Below, in pieces: positions 20,700 to 31,091 of a DNA stretch of 64,000 nt (the first letter of the stretch is position 1; each line of letters starts with the position of its first letter). The stretch spans positions 1,984,001 to 2,048,000 of the forward strand of contig CAKKNE010000004.1 of the NCBI GenBank assembly GCA_918797485.1. The letters are read 5' to 3'. This stretch comes from Pelagomonas calceolata (taxonomy: Eukaryota). A program made the translations under genes and the position numbers. The notes under the pieces were generated by a model that did no database searches, was not told where the DNA came from, and saw nothing but the letters and a program-made list of their open reading frames with translations.

Positions 20700-21140
20700 A
20701 TGAGTAAACTAGAGAAGCTCTCGTTCAACGACGTGCTGAAGTGGCACGCCCTCGCGGCGGGCCCCGCGGGCCTCGTTTTAGTAATGCTGCCGCACCGGCT
20801 CTTCGCGCAACTGAGCGGCGCGCCCTACAGCCCCGCGGCGCACGAGGTCGCGCGCTGCTACGGCGCGCTGACGGCCGCGCAGGCCTGGTTCGCCTGGCGC
20901 ACGCGGCGCATCGCCGACGGCCGCGTGCGGCGCATGCTCGCGGAGGCGTACGCGCTCTGCTACGCGCTGACGGGCCTCGCGCTGGGCCGCGCGATGGCGG
21001 CGGCGCCGGTCGGCGCCCTGGGCGCGCTGGCGTGCCTCGCGAGCTGGGCGCTCGCGTTGCTCTACGCGTACTTCCGCGTCGTGCGGCGGATCAAGTCCTT
21101 CGAGCTGCCCGGGTCCGTGGCGGACGGGCACGACCTTTGA
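20700..21140 (+). CDS. Small four-TM membrane protein
   Basis: Four hydrophobic helices; HEVARCYGAL. Confidence 0.7.
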   Translation: MSKLEKLSFNDVLKWHALAAGPAGLVLVMLPHRLFAQLSGAPYSPAAHEVARCYGALTAAQAWFAWRTRRIADGRVRRMLAEAYALCYALTGLALGRAMAAAPVGALGALACLASWALALLYAYFRVVRRIKSFELPGSVADGHDL

Positions 21141-21221
21141 TCATCGAGGGGCTCTAAGGTTTTGTTGTTGTTGAGCAAACCCGTCTTATGGACAGACAGT
21201 CAAATCACACGACACACAAAC

Positions 21222-24200
21222 TTAGGAGGCAGTAGGGAACCAGCCGCGCGCCGCGTCGGAGGCGACGGCCGCGACCTCGGCGCAGCGCGGCGCGGCGGCC
21301 GCGCGCCGCGAGAGCAGCGCGCCGTAGGCCCCGAGCGCGTCGGCGCGCGCGGCTTCGCGGTCGCGGCCCCGGACCACCTCCCGCACAAACTCGGACAGGA
21401 TCCGGAACGCCGGCGTCGCGTAGATCGAGTCCAGGTGGAGCGCGCCGCGCGGCGCGTGCAATAAACGCGGCGCCGCGGCGCACCGCTCCGCATCCAAAAA
21501 ATCGTGGTGGCAGAAGTCCGTCCGGAAGTTGAGCGGGCAGGGCAGCCGCCCCGCCTCCGGCAGGTAGAGGGCCGCGCCCCCGAGGAGCGCGTTGAGCCAG
21601 CCCTGGTCCCCGAAGTCCACGCTAATGTCTGAATCGTCCAGGGCCTTCCGGGCGTCCACCAACCACATTGACAAATTCGTCGCCCGCGCTCTATCTAAAT
21701 CCAAGGCTAAAATGCCCGTATTGGCGCCGTCGTCGAGCCACGCGCGCGGCAAATGGGAACCGGACGCGTTGTAGTACGCGTCGGCGGATGATGTTACAAC
21801 ATCGCCGTGCTCCGCCGCCGCCGCGACAAATGTGTTATTCAAACTTTGTACGGCGTCCGCGTAGATCTGTAAGGGGTCCGCGACGAACAGCACGTCCGTG
21901 TCTATATACAGAATCTTCCCCGCATTCCAATCCGACGGAAGCAGCTCCCCCAAAAACAACCGCACGCAGGCGCAGGGCTTGAAGTGCGACGCGGCCTCCT
22001 CCTCCAACCAAGGGGGCCACGCAATTTCTCCAACAGTGACCCGTAGAACGACGCGGCGCTCGTCGGCCAACGCCAGGACGCGCGGGATGCGCCTCGTCAG
22101 TTCGTCGGCGGCGCCGCCGTTCGCCAAGACATAAAAACTCAGGTCCGCTTCGGGTGGAGCGCTCGCGACGGCCGACGCCACGGCCACCAAGGCCTCCGTC
22201 GCGCGGCGCGGGTCGCTTTCATGGTCGCAGGCCACCAGCACGAAGCGCGCCGTATTTACGGACGGCGAAGCTGGGGGTTGAGGTGTTTGTTTTTTCAGAG
22301 GCTCCACGGCCTTTTTTCCAGTATACACGTACGCGTCGAGCCCGCCCCGTAGCCAGCTCGGCGCCGCCACCGAGGCGCAGGCGCCCGCCCGGCCCGCATG
22401 CGGGTAGAGGACGCCGTTTCTAAGCTCGGCGTAGTTTATACAATTCGCCTCGCGGCCGGCGCGCGGTTCCAACTTGGCCCAGTCGATACCCGGCCGCACG
22501 GCGACGCGCCGCGGCAGCCAGAGCTGCGACGCGTTGTTTCTGAATAAATTCGCGGCCTTGGCGAAGTAGCGCGCCGTCTTGCTCGACGTGTGGTCGTACT
22601 CCGAACTCAAATCCACGTAGACGACGTCGCAGGCCACCTGCGACGCCGCACGTACGACGGCCTCGGGCGCGTTCAAGGAGTAGGCGCGGACGCTTCTGTG
22701 GGGGTGGAGCCTCCGCAACAGTTCGAGCTCGCCGAGTTCTCCAAAGTCCGCGCAAAGGCCCGGCGCCGGCGCCGCCAGCGCGACGACGGTCCAGGCCATG
22801 TCGTGGTGGAGCCAGGCGGCCACGGACGGCGCCACGCCGAACCCGACGTGGCAGAGCGTATCAATTTCGGGCTCGTCGTCGTCGTCGTCGTGGACGTCGT
22901 CTCCGACATACGCCACGTGCCGGCCGGCGCACGTCGTGAGTGAGGTTTGAGTTGTTGTGTGCGCGACGCAGGCCACGGCGCGCGCCGGGCCGTAGCCGCC
23001 CCGCAGCCCGTAGCACGCGTCGAACGCGACGCCATTTCCGTATAACGCCGGCGAGGCGCAGAGCGCGTCCCAGGCTCGACAGGCGCGCGCGTGGGTCTCT
23101 TGGACATTCTCAATAAAACCCGTGAAGCGCTCCAATGCAGTCTCCGAGGTCCAACCGGCCCAACCCATGACCTCCTGGTGCGGGCAGGGCGCCGTCAATC
23201 TTATATGATGCTCCACGAAGTACCCGACGGCGCCGAAGAGCCCCTCGTTGACTCTCCCCTCCTTCCAGACGACCTCCCGCTGGCCATAGATGCGAGAAGC
23301 GCACTCGACCGCCGCGCGGATATGGGACAAAGGAGCCCCTCTCGGCGTCGCGTGGGCGCAGGTCCGGGCCTCGGCCGCGCGCTTGAGTTGATCCGGAACG
23401 CCGCGCTCGCCCACCAACCAGACCTGCTCCGCGTCTACGTGAGTTAAGAGCTCTTCGCCGAGGCCCGCGTCGCCGTGGACCGCGAGGAGGACCGGATCCT
23501 CGATACCAAGCAAAGCCTCCAGCGCCTCTTCCACCGACGAGACGCAGACCGCGTCGTCCAGCTCCGCGCACGCGAGCGCCGCCGCCGTCGGCCGCGCGAC
23601 TACGATACGTCGCACGGCCTCCTCCAGGACCGCCGCGAGCCGCGGCGCGTGTGCACCGACGGCCTCGACCACCACGACCCGCGTTGGTATTGAATGGACG
23701 CGGCGCACAAACTCGACCAGGGCCGTCGCGTTCGCGTCGTCGATCGAACGCCGCGTGCCGTTCCGCAGCGCGCGCCACAGGTCCCGATCGTCCTCGTGCG
23801 GGGGCCCGTCCGCCTCGAGCAGCCCCAACAAGCGCCCGAGCGGCGTCGCGCCGCACGGCTCCTCGGCGCAACCGTCGGCGTCGCCTTCCCTGACCACGAC
23901 GCAAACCAGCGTCCGCGTCTGTGCAGCGGCGCGGTGCGCGCGCCGCCGGCGCCAGACCTCGGGCCTTAGAACCAGCACGTCGCCCGCGCGCTGCGGGATC
24001 GTTTTGGCGGCGAGGCGCTTGACGTGGTCCTCGAGGGTCGCGTCGAGGCGCTCGTCGTCGATGTCGACGGGGTCCTCTTCACCTAGAGACGCGTTGGCGG
24101 CCGCGAGCCGCAGGGCCCGCCGGTCTCGCTCGAGGAACGTGCCCGGCCAGACCTCGAGCGCCGCTCTTTCAGGAGTGACGTCGTCGAGCGGCGTCCTTAT

Positions 24201-24539
24201 CACTTCCACGAGCCGCCTCTCCCCATCAACGAGCGGCTCGTCCCAGCGCACGGGCCCCCGCGCGTCGCCCTCCATGGATCTATCCAACCGCGCGGCTAGG
24301 ATGATCCGCTGGCCCGGGTCCCTCGCGGCCGTCGTCCGCGCGACGGCCTCCACACAACCCTCTTCGAGCACGTCGCTCTGCACCACCGTCTCGTTCGCCT
24401 CGACGGCGTCCCAGGCCCGTCGTAATTTATCCAGGGCGTCCTCATCAAACACGCGTCGGAAGAGCTCGACGCCGTCTCGACCGAAGGAGAGCTCCTTGGC
24501 CCGCGTAGCGGCCGCGAGCAGGAGCAGGAGCCGCATCAT
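21222..24539 (-). CDS. Large secretory-pathway multidomain protein with C-terminal GT8 (GXYLT-like) domain
   Basis: Signal peptide; FKPCACVRLFL, ILYIDTDVLF, ANTGIL, GDQGWLN. Confidence 0.75.
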   Translation of the reverse strand: MMRLLLLLAAATRAKELSFGRDGVELFRRVFDEDALDKLRRAWDAVEANETVVQSDVLEEGCVEAVARTTAARDPGQRIILAARLDRSMEGDARGPVRWDEPLVDGERRLVEVIRTPLDDVTPERAALEVWPGTFLERDRRALRLAAANASLGEEDPVDIDDERLDATLEDHVKRLAAKTIPQRAGDVLVLRPEVWRRRRAHRAAAQTRTLVCVVVREGDADGCAEEPCGATPLGRLLGLLEADGPPHEDDRDLWRALRNGTRRSIDDANATALVEFVRRVHSIPTRVVVVEAVGAHAPRLAAVLEEAVRRIVVARPTAAALACAELDDAVCVSSVEEALEALLGIEDPVLLAVHGDAGLGEELLTHVDAEQVWLVGERGVPDQLKRAAEARTCAHATPRGAPLSHIRAAVECASRIYGQREVVWKEGRVNEGLFGAVGYFVEHHIRLTAPCPHQEVMGWAGWTSETALERFTGFIENVQETHARACRAWDALCASPALYGNGVAFDACYGLRGGYGPARAVACVAHTTTQTSLTTCAGRHVAYVGDDVHDDDDDEPEIDTLCHVGFGVAPSVAAWLHHDMAWTVVALAAPAPGLCADFGELGELELLRRLHPHRSVRAYSLNAPEAVVRAASQVACDVVYVDLSSEYDHTSSKTARYFAKAANLFRNNASQLWLPRRVAVRPGIDWAKLEPRAGREANCINYAELRNGVLYPHAGRAGACASVAAPSWLRGGLDAYVYTGKKAVEPLKKQTPQPPASPSVNTARFVLVACDHESDPRRATEALVAVASAVASAPPEADLSFYVLANGGAADELTRRIPRVLALADERRVVLRVTVGEIAWPPWLEEEAASHFKPCACVRLFLGELLPSDWNAGKILYIDTDVLFVADPLQIYADAVQSLNNTFVAAAAEHGDVVTSSADAYYNASGSHLPRAWLDDGANTGILALDLDRARATNLSMWLVDARKALDDSDISVDFGDQGWLNALLGGAALYLPEAGRLPCPLNFRTDFCHHDFLDAERCAAAPRLLHAPRGALHLDSIYATPAFRILSEFVREVVRGRDREAARADALGAYGALLSRRAAAAPRCAEVAAVASDAARGWFPTAS

Positions 24540-24620
24540 ATCTCTAAGTTCGATTCATTGGGCTGCCCCCGGTTCAGTACGGCGCTGTGCGGCCATTTTA
24601 CGTCCATCATCGAGCGCTTG

Positions 24621-24642
24621 CTAGTGCCTTACCGGCCGCTAG
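24621..24642 (+). promoter_or_regulatory. Paired-CTAG intergenic element
   Basis: gcttgCTAGtgccttaccggccgCTAGg within a 187-bp divergent gap. Confidence 0.7.
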
Positions 24643-24726
24643 GTCCGCGGCAGGATTTTGTGGACAGCCATTGTGGACCGCATTGCTGCGTATACGCTGC
24701 CCCAGCCCCCGATATAGGGTCGTGCC

Positions 24727-25218
24727 ATGCTGTTCCTGCGGCTGGGCCTGCGAGTGGTCAGTGCCCGGGCCGCGTGCCGTCCCAGAAGCTATGCGACGAG
24801 CAGCGTCACCATCAACCGCGTCGCGCCGGAGGCGACTGTAGGCGTCCGAGAGGCCGTACTATGGCCCGGACGCCCGGACATGTGTCGGCTGGCCGAGGAC
24901 GCTCAGGGACTGCACCTCGCGGCGAATGTTAACAATGACGTAGTCGGCGTCGTGTCTCTGTTCGTCGACGGCGCCGAGGCGAGGTTTCGCAAGTTCGCCG
25001 TGCTCGAGGCGCATCGCGGCGCCGGCCTCGGGAGCCGGCTGTTGCAGGCGGCGGAGTCTGAGGCCACGCGCCTGGGCGCGAAGACGATCGACTGCGACGC
25101 CCGCGCCGAAATGGCCGCGTACTACGAAAAACGCGGCTACGCCGCCGCAGGACCGCCCTTCGCGAAATACGAGGGCTCCGAGCAGCTCTACGCGACGATG
25201 CGCAAGCCGCTCGCCTAA
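24727..25218 (+). CDS. GNAT family acetyltransferase
   Basis: FRKFAVLEAHRGAGLGSRLL; CDAR...YYEKRGY. Confidence 0.88.
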   Translation: MLFLRLGLRVVSARAACRPRSYATSSVTINRVAPEATVGVREAVLWPGRPDMCRLAEDAQGLHLAANVNNDVVGVVSLFVDGAEARFRKFAVLEAHRGAGLGSRLLQAAESEATRLGAKTIDCDARAEMAAYYEKRGYAAAGPPFAKYEGSEQLYATMRKPLA

Positions 25219-25262
25219 TCTGTATGTGTCGTGTCGTAATCTTAGTGGGCAGAAGAGGGGCC

Positions 25263-25991
25263 CTACTTGGCGGTCTGGAGCGTCTTCATGACCTTGGATA
25301 TCTCGCCCTGGAGCGCGGTGAGGTGCGCCATGGCGTCGGCCGTCATCGTCGGGTCGCTCCGGAGCGACGCGAGCGTCTCGCTGTCGTTGAGCGCGACGCA
25401 GCCGTCCGCCGAGGGCAGCTCGACGAGCAGCGCCGGCCGGTCCGCGCCGGCGCCGGGCAGCTTGGACTTGGGGCCCTTGACCTTGATCGTCGCCGCGAGC
25501 TTGGCCGTCGACATGGGCACGGCGGCGAGCGGCGAGCCGTTGACGGACATGATCGTCTCGCCCGCGCGCGGCGCGCGCAGGTGCGCCGGCGTCGCGGCGA
25601 CGCGCGCGAGCGCCGAGTGGCCGCCGCGCGGCGTCGCGGCGACGGCGCCGCGGGGCCGCGGCGTCGGCGCGACCTTCTCGACCTCCCACTGCGCGGCCTT
25701 CTTGAGCGCCTCCTCCATGCTCCCGCCGTACTCGCTCGAGAAGTGCTCGACCTTCATCTCGCGGATCTTCCGCGGGATCTTCAGCAGCTCGACCTGGAAG
25801 TGGTTCAGGAACTCCTGGCGCATGTCGCCCATCTGGCGCTTGAGCTTCTTCACGCGCCGCTCCGACTCGTGCTCGAGCTCCGCGACGACGGCCTCGACGT
25901 ACTCGGGCGATACGGCCGCGTCGCCGGGCGCGTCCGTCGCGACGGCGGCGACGAGCTCCTTGCCGCGGCGTTTCCGGCCGCGGGGGGGCAT
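25263..25991 (-). CDS. Borealin/Nbl1 N-terminal domain protein
   Basis: ELEHESERRVKKL...FQVELLKIPRKIREMKVEHF; RAPRAGETIMSVNGSPL. Confidence 0.65.
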   Translation of the reverse strand: MPPRGRKRRGKELVAAVATDAPGDAAVSPEYVEAVVAELEHESERRVKKLKRQMGDMRQEFLNHFQVELLKIPRKIREMKVEHFSSEYGGSMEEALKKAAQWEVEKVAPTPRPRGAVAATPRGGHSALARVAATPAHLRAPRAGETIMSVNGSPLAAVPMSTAKLAATIKVKGPKSKLPGAGADRPALLVELPSADGCVALNDSETLASLRSDPTMTADAMAHLTALQGEISKVMKTLQTAK

Positions 25992-26204
25992 GTTTGTCGC
26001 GCTTCCGGGGCGGTCGCGGGGCGACTAAAAGCGGCCGAACGCTAACAAGCGTAACTGTCCCGCTGCGTGCTGGAACAGCGAATTTGACCCGCCGCGGCAG
26101 GTGCGCGCGGTGTCAGGGGTCCGGCAACGGTCCACAGTGGCTCGCGCGTGTACAGCGGTCCTGTACAGGGACCGCCAAGTTCACAACAGCCCCTCGATAA
26201 TTAG

Positions 26205-26225
26205 CTAGCGGCGTAAGGACACTAG
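26205..26225 (-). promoter_or_regulatory. Paired-CTAG intergenic element
   Basis: Reverse complement reads gcttgCTAGtgtccttacgccgCTAGc. Confidence 0.7.
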
Positions 26226-26627
26226 CAAGCAATTAGCAGGCATCCGTCCACTATGGCACGTTCGGCTGACTGTGGCCCACCGCAAGACTGCCGCGGCGGC
26301 ACACAACACCGCTAGCCTGTCGAGTACGCATCTCAGCAAGCAGCCCAAGTGGCAAGGCCCCAAATCCCCCCTCCGCGCCACTCGTGCCGGCGTAGCTGTC
26401 TCGCAGACGAGCCATCGACTCTCCGGAGGACTACAACGGCGAATCAGTTGATGAGCCGCTCGAGACAAACACGCAGCGTCGACGACATCGCCGGATAACA
26501 AGCAGTTACCAGTGCGAAGCAGTGCCAACAACGCAAGAGGGTCGATCGCACACGTGCGAGCAATGCAACTTTGATTGCGGAAGCTGCACGCGTCTCGTTG
26601 TTTCCTCGGCGAGCTCACGCCCTAGCC

Positions 26628-26705
26628 CACAGCAGCCTGGATAGCCGCGCGACGCGCCACCCACCGCACAGCAGCCCGGATAGCCGCGCGACGCTATACC
26701 CACCG
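26628..26705. repeat. 39-bp tandem duplication upstream of ATP sulfurylase
   Basis: cacagcagcc(t/c)ggatagccgcgcgacgc...acccaccg x2. Confidence 0.8.
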
Positions 26706-26724
26706 CAGGCGTTCGGAAGACACC

Positions 26725-27951
26725 ATGGTCGCCTGCAGCAAGATCGTCCTCCTCGCGACCGGCGCCGCGGCGCTCGTCGCGCCGCCCGCGTCTCACATGA
26801 GACAGGCGACGGCGCTCGCCGCGTCGAAGCAGGAGCCCCACGGCGGCAAGCTCGTGAATTTGTTCGGCGACGGCTTGAAGGCCGCGGACTGCGACACGAC
26901 GCTCCAGATGACGGAGCGGCAGTCGTGCGACGTCGAGCTCCTCTGCAACGGCGGCTTCTCGCCGCTCGACGGCTTCATGGACGAGGAGACCTACAAGTCG
27001 GTGGTGGGCGGCATGAAGCTGCCGTCGGGCCTCATGTTCTCGCTGCCCGTCGTCTTCGATACCAATGATGAGAAGCTCGGCCCCGGCTCGAAGATCCTGC
27101 TCAAGCAGGGCGACCTCGACGTCGCGACGTTCGAGGTCTCGGACAAGTACGTGCCGGACAAGCCCCTCGAGTGCCTCAAGTGCTACGGCACGTCGTCGCT
27201 CGAGCACCCGGGCACGCAGATGGTCGCCATGGAGCGCGGCAAGTACTACCTCGGCGGTAAATTGACCGGCCTGAACAAGCCGGTCCGCGAGTTCCCGTGC
27301 GAGACGCCGGAAGAGGTGCGCGCGCGTTTACCGGATGACGTCGACATCGTCGCCTTCCAGTGCCGCAACCCCGTGCACCGCGCGCACTACGAGCTCTTCA
27401 CGCGGGCCCTCGACGCGCCGAACGTCGGCGCCGACGGCGTGGTGCTCGTCCACCCGACCTGCGGCCCGACGCAGCCGGGCGACATCCCCGGCACGGTGCG
27501 CTACAAGACCTACGAGGTGCTCAAGGAGGAGACGGCGAACCCGCGGACCTTCTGGGCCTACCTGCCCTACTCGATGCACATGGCCGGCCCGCGCGAGGCC
27601 ATCCACCACATGATGATCCGCAAGAACTTCGGCTGCACGCACTTTATTATTGGGCGCGACATGGCCGGCTGCAAGTCCAGCATCGACGAGGAGGACTTCT
27701 ACGGCGCCTACGACGCGCAGGACTTCGCGCTCGAGAACGGCCCGAAGATGGGCATGCAGGCCGTGCCCTCGCTGAACCTCGTCTACACCGACGAGGAGGG
27801 CTACGTCACGGCCGAGGAGGCCAAGGAGAAGGAGCTCTCGGCCCTTAAATTGTCGGGCACGAAGTTCCGCAAGATGCTCCGCGGCGGCGAGGACATCCCG
27901 GAATGGTTCGCCTTCAAGTCCGTCGTGGAGGTGCTCCGCCAGAACGCCTAG
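26725..27951 (+). CDS. sat: ATP sulfurylase, plastid-targeted
   Basis: PHGGKL, GGFSPLDGFM, AFQCRNPVHRAH, AGPREA, HFIIGRDMAG; bipartite leader. Confidence 0.95.
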   Translation: MVACSKIVLLATGAAALVAPPASHMRQATALAASKQEPHGGKLVNLFGDGLKAADCDTTLQMTERQSCDVELLCNGGFSPLDGFMDEETYKSVVGGMKLPSGLMFSLPVVFDTNDEKLGPGSKILLKQGDLDVATFEVSDKYVPDKPLECLKCYGTSSLEHPGTQMVAMERGKYYLGGKLTGLNKPVREFPCETPEEVRARLPDDVDIVAFQCRNPVHRAHYELFTRALDAPNVGADGVVLVHPTCGPTQPGDIPGTVRYKTYEVLKEETANPRTFWAYLPYSMHMAGPREAIHHMMIRKNFGCTHFIIGRDMAGCKSSIDEEDFYGAYDAQDFALENGPKMGMQAVPSLNLVYTDEEGYVTAEEAKEKELSALKLSGTKFRKMLRGGEDIPEWFAFKSVVEVLRQNA

Positions 27952-28035
27952 GCGTGTTTTACCCCTCGTGTATAATCTCGTCCAAGTACTACTTCGTAAT
28001 GTTCGAACGCAACGCACATGACACAAAACCAGATG

Positions 28036-29382
28036 TTAGCGAAGCACGGCGGCGGCGGCCGCAAGACTCGCGGCGAGCGCGGCGGCGGCGAGGGACGCCG
28101 TCGCGAGCGCCGTCCGTTGCGGCGGCGGCGGTTTAGGCGGTGGCGCCCGAGGTTTTCGCCGCCGCGCCGCCGTCGCGTCCGCCACGCTCGTCGACGCGAC
28201 CGCCGGCTCGGGCGCGGGCGGCGCCGGCGCCAGGTCCTCTATATCTTTCGTCGCGAGCGCGAGCTGGCCGCACGCGGCGTTGATGTCCTGGCCGAACTCC
28301 TCGCGCAGGCGCACGCGGAGGCCGCCCTCTATAACAATTTTGCCGAAGGCCCGACAGCTTTCGATGGAGGGCGCCTCGAAGCCGTGTAAGGTGGCTGTGA
28401 CGTTCGGGTTGTACGGAATGAGGTTGAGCATGACGGGCTTGCCTCTTAATAGCGCTATGAGCTCGTCGGCGTCCTCCCGCCGATCGTTCACGCCCTTCAG
28501 GAGGACGTACTCGACCATGAGGCCGTCGTGGCTTCCCGAGTGCCGCGACACGCTATTCAAATGGTCGTCCAGCGCCTCGATCAGTTCGTGCAGCGGCCAC
28601 TGCTTGGCCGCAGGGACGATTCTCGCCCTCAATTCCTGGGACGGGGCGTGTAAAGACAGCGCCACGCGCACCTCGGGGTGCTCCCTTGTTAATTTTTTGA
28701 GGGCCGGCGCCACCCCCACAGTAGACACGGTCACGCCCTTCTTCCTTAACGCAAAATGGAAGGGGTCGCACAACGACGTGACCGCAGCTGACACGCTCTG
28801 GTAGTTCGCGAGGGGCTCGCCCATGCCCATGAAGACGACGTTTCTCGGCGCCGGTCGTGATCTCGCACACTCGTGCCGCGTGATGAGCGCCACCTGCTCG
28901 AGGATTTCCGACGTATCTAGATCTCCAATCAGGTTCATCGTACCAGTCGCACAGAACTGGCAGCCCATGGCACAGCCGATCTGCGAGGACACGCAGACCG
29001 TCGTCCGCGATTTGTGGCGCATGGCTACACTTTCAACCCGGTGGCCGTCCCGCAGTTCAATGACGAGTTTCGTCGTCTGCGTGTCTTTTGATTCCGCGAC
29101 GTGGGCCAGTTTGGACGAGAAGAGTCTAAAATTCTGCGACGCGAGCTCGACGGCTACCTTCGGCAGTTTCTGGCGGCCGTCGATGCAGTACTTTGACGCT
29201 CGTTCCCATACTTCATCGTCGGACTCGCCGCCACCGTCGCGTAGCGCTCGTATCACGACGCGCCACAGCCGCTGCGCGACGACGGCGTCGAAGCCGCGTT
29301 GTACCACGAACCTCTCTAATTCTTGCGCGTTGAAGAAGGCCGGCTTGCCCGTGGCCGGGGCGCGGCCGCGGCGCGGCGGCAT
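28036..29382 (-). CDS. RlmN/Cfr-family radical SAM RNA methyltransferase
   Basis: CVSSQIGCAMGCQFC, FMGMGEP, SLHA, IPYNP, AACGQL. Confidence 0.9.
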   Translation of the reverse strand: MPPRRGRAPATGKPAFFNAQELERFVVQRGFDAVVAQRLWRVVIRALRDGGGESDDEVWERASKYCIDGRQKLPKVAVELASQNFRLFSSKLAHVAESKDTQTTKLVIELRDGHRVESVAMRHKSRTTVCVSSQIGCAMGCQFCATGTMNLIGDLDTSEILEQVALITRHECARSRPAPRNVVFMGMGEPLANYQSVSAAVTSLCDPFHFALRKKGVTVSTVGVAPALKKLTREHPEVRVALSLHAPSQELRARIVPAAKQWPLHELIEALDDHLNSVSRHSGSHDGLMVEYVLLKGVNDRREDADELIALLRGKPVMLNLIPYNPNVTATLHGFEAPSIESCRAFGKIVIEGGLRVRLREEFGQDINAACGQLALATKDIEDLAPAPPAPEPAVASTSVADATAARRRKPRAPPPKPPPPQRTALATASLAAAALAASLAAAAAVLR

Positions 29383-29581
29383 CACTGTTGCGCACGACTG
29401 CGACGCGAGCGATGCTCTCCACAGGCTGCAATTAGCTCTCCACCAGCTTGGCTAAAAGAGTGTGCGCTGTGCAAGACCGCGAAGCTGCGCAATAGCAGCG
29501 ATATCAGAACAAGCTAGCTACGGTCCCGATGCCGACACAGGCTCGCTCTCGGCTCAACTTAGCAAAGGCAAGAGGGAGGGA

Positions 29582-29602
29582 CTAGCGTGACATACATACT
29601 AG
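29582..29602 (-). promoter_or_regulatory. Paired-CTAG intergenic element
   Basis: Reverse complement reads gCTAGtatgtatgtcacgCTAGt. Confidence 0.6.
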
Positions 29603-29766
29603 CTCTTTTTGCCCGCAGGCGCTGCAGCACGCAACTGGCGCGTGGCTGCCCCATTGGGCGGCGAAGTGGTCAAGCGCTGCTTCGCGCTCGGTGAGGCCCG
29701 GCACGCACCGCCGGGGACCGCTGGTGCCCGTGGCGTAGCTGCCCAGGAGCTCAACCCTAAGGCAGC

Positions 29767-31020
29767 ATGGCTAACACCGACCTCAGCTCCGTCATACTGG
29801 GCACCTACGGAGTCATCAAGCCCCCGCCCCCACCACCGGTGCAAGATGGCTGGTGGTGGCAGCGTGTACATCACCGGAAGACCGGCAAACACGAAAAGAA
29901 GTTCTGGTGGCAGCAGTCGACGTTGAACCGGCGGTGGCTCAACGGCCTCGAGCCGCCGTGGCGCACGAAGGGCCACCGGAGTTACCACAAGAAGCACCAC
30001 GCCCTCGACACGGGCTGGTGGTTCGAGGGTCCGTCGCTCAAGGAGTACCACACGCACGTGCCCATCCAACCTCAAACAAGAAGGTTGCTCCAGGTCCTCA
30101 GGAGGAAAGATGGAGGCGAGGAGCGGCCGCAGCGAAGCCTGGCGGGCTTGTTCGCCGGCGTCGGGTTGCGGCGCGAGGCGGCGCGCGGGAGCATCGTCCA
30201 CGAGGAGCTCTGCGAGCACGCTTCTGAGAGGGCATTAAGGCGGGACACGCGCGGCCGCGTGCCCATCGACGCGAAGTACGCGCACTCCCAGGCCTGGCAC
30301 GTCCACGACGTGGAAGCCTCGTCCAGAAGATTACGCGCGGGCCGGCCGCGGACAAAGGATGTGGAGGACCCGGCCCGCGTCGAGCGCGCGCCGCCTAAAG
30401 TCCCCGACGCGGACGAGCGGCTCCATTCGCGACTCAGGCGCGTCTTCGACGATTTGCGCCGTCGCGACGAACCGGACCGCGCGACGCATCCCGCGCACAA
30501 AGACGCGCGGAGCCACCTCCTACGAGCGCGCGGCATCGCGGACTACTACGCGAGCGCGGCGGAGGACAAGGCGCCGCCGCCGCGAAACGGCCTCTGCGCG
30601 GCGGATCTCGTGGCGGCCCTTGCAGAGAAAGGTTTGTGTATGGAGGCAAGCGAGGTCGAGGCGGCGCTTGCTTTAGTTCTACGGGACCCCGACGCCATCG
30701 CCTTCGCCGACTTCTACGCGTGGCAGGTCCAGCACCACCCCCAGCTTCTGGACGACCGCGCGCGGGCGCTGCTCGTCGACGTCCTGGACGGAGACGCCTT
30801 CGCGGCGGAGTTTGCCTGGTGGGAGCCGCTGCTCGACGGCGTCGTGGCGACGCTGGACGAGGACGAGCGGCGCGTGCTCGGGGGCGGCGAGCAGCTTGTC
30901 GTGAAGGACGCGGCCGTCGCGTGCGGCTGCGAGGCGCCGGGCGGGTCGGCCGTGGTGGCCGAGCGGCGGCGCGCGGCGGCGCGGGGCCGGTCGCTGGCGT
31001 GCTGCGCCGCGGCGCCCTGA
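29767..31020 (+). CDS. Hypothetical protein with degenerate EF-hand-like region
   Basis: 417-aa ORF; LRRVFDDL...EVEAAL...IAFADFYAW. Confidence 0.55.
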   Translation: MANTDLSSVILGTYGVIKPPPPPPVQDGWWWQRVHHRKTGKHEKKFWWQQSTLNRRWLNGLEPPWRTKGHRSYHKKHHALDTGWWFEGPSLKEYHTHVPIQPQTRRLLQVLRRKDGGEERPQRSLAGLFAGVGLRREAARGSIVHEELCEHASERALRRDTRGRVPIDAKYAHSQAWHVHDVEASSRRLRAGRPRTKDVEDPARVERAPPKVPDADERLHSRLRRVFDDLRRRDEPDRATHPAHKDARSHLLRARGIADYYASAAEDKAPPPRNGLCAADLVAALAEKGLCMEASEVEAALALVLRDPDAIAFADFYAWQVQHHPQLLDDRARALLVDVLDGDAFAAEFAWWEPLLDGVVATLDEDERRVLGGGEQLVVKDAAVACGCEAPGGSAVVAERRRAAARGRSLACCAAAP

Positions 31021-31091
31021 GTAAGTGTGAGTGTATTTATACGAACTTACAACTGCGTTTACAAGAGTATCACACACGCGCGCCGCGCGTC

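Noticed and set aside
28036..29382. Cfr antibiotic-resistance gene
   Set aside because: The motifs fit the broad RlmN-like family common in algae; nothing indicates Cfr specifically or mobility.
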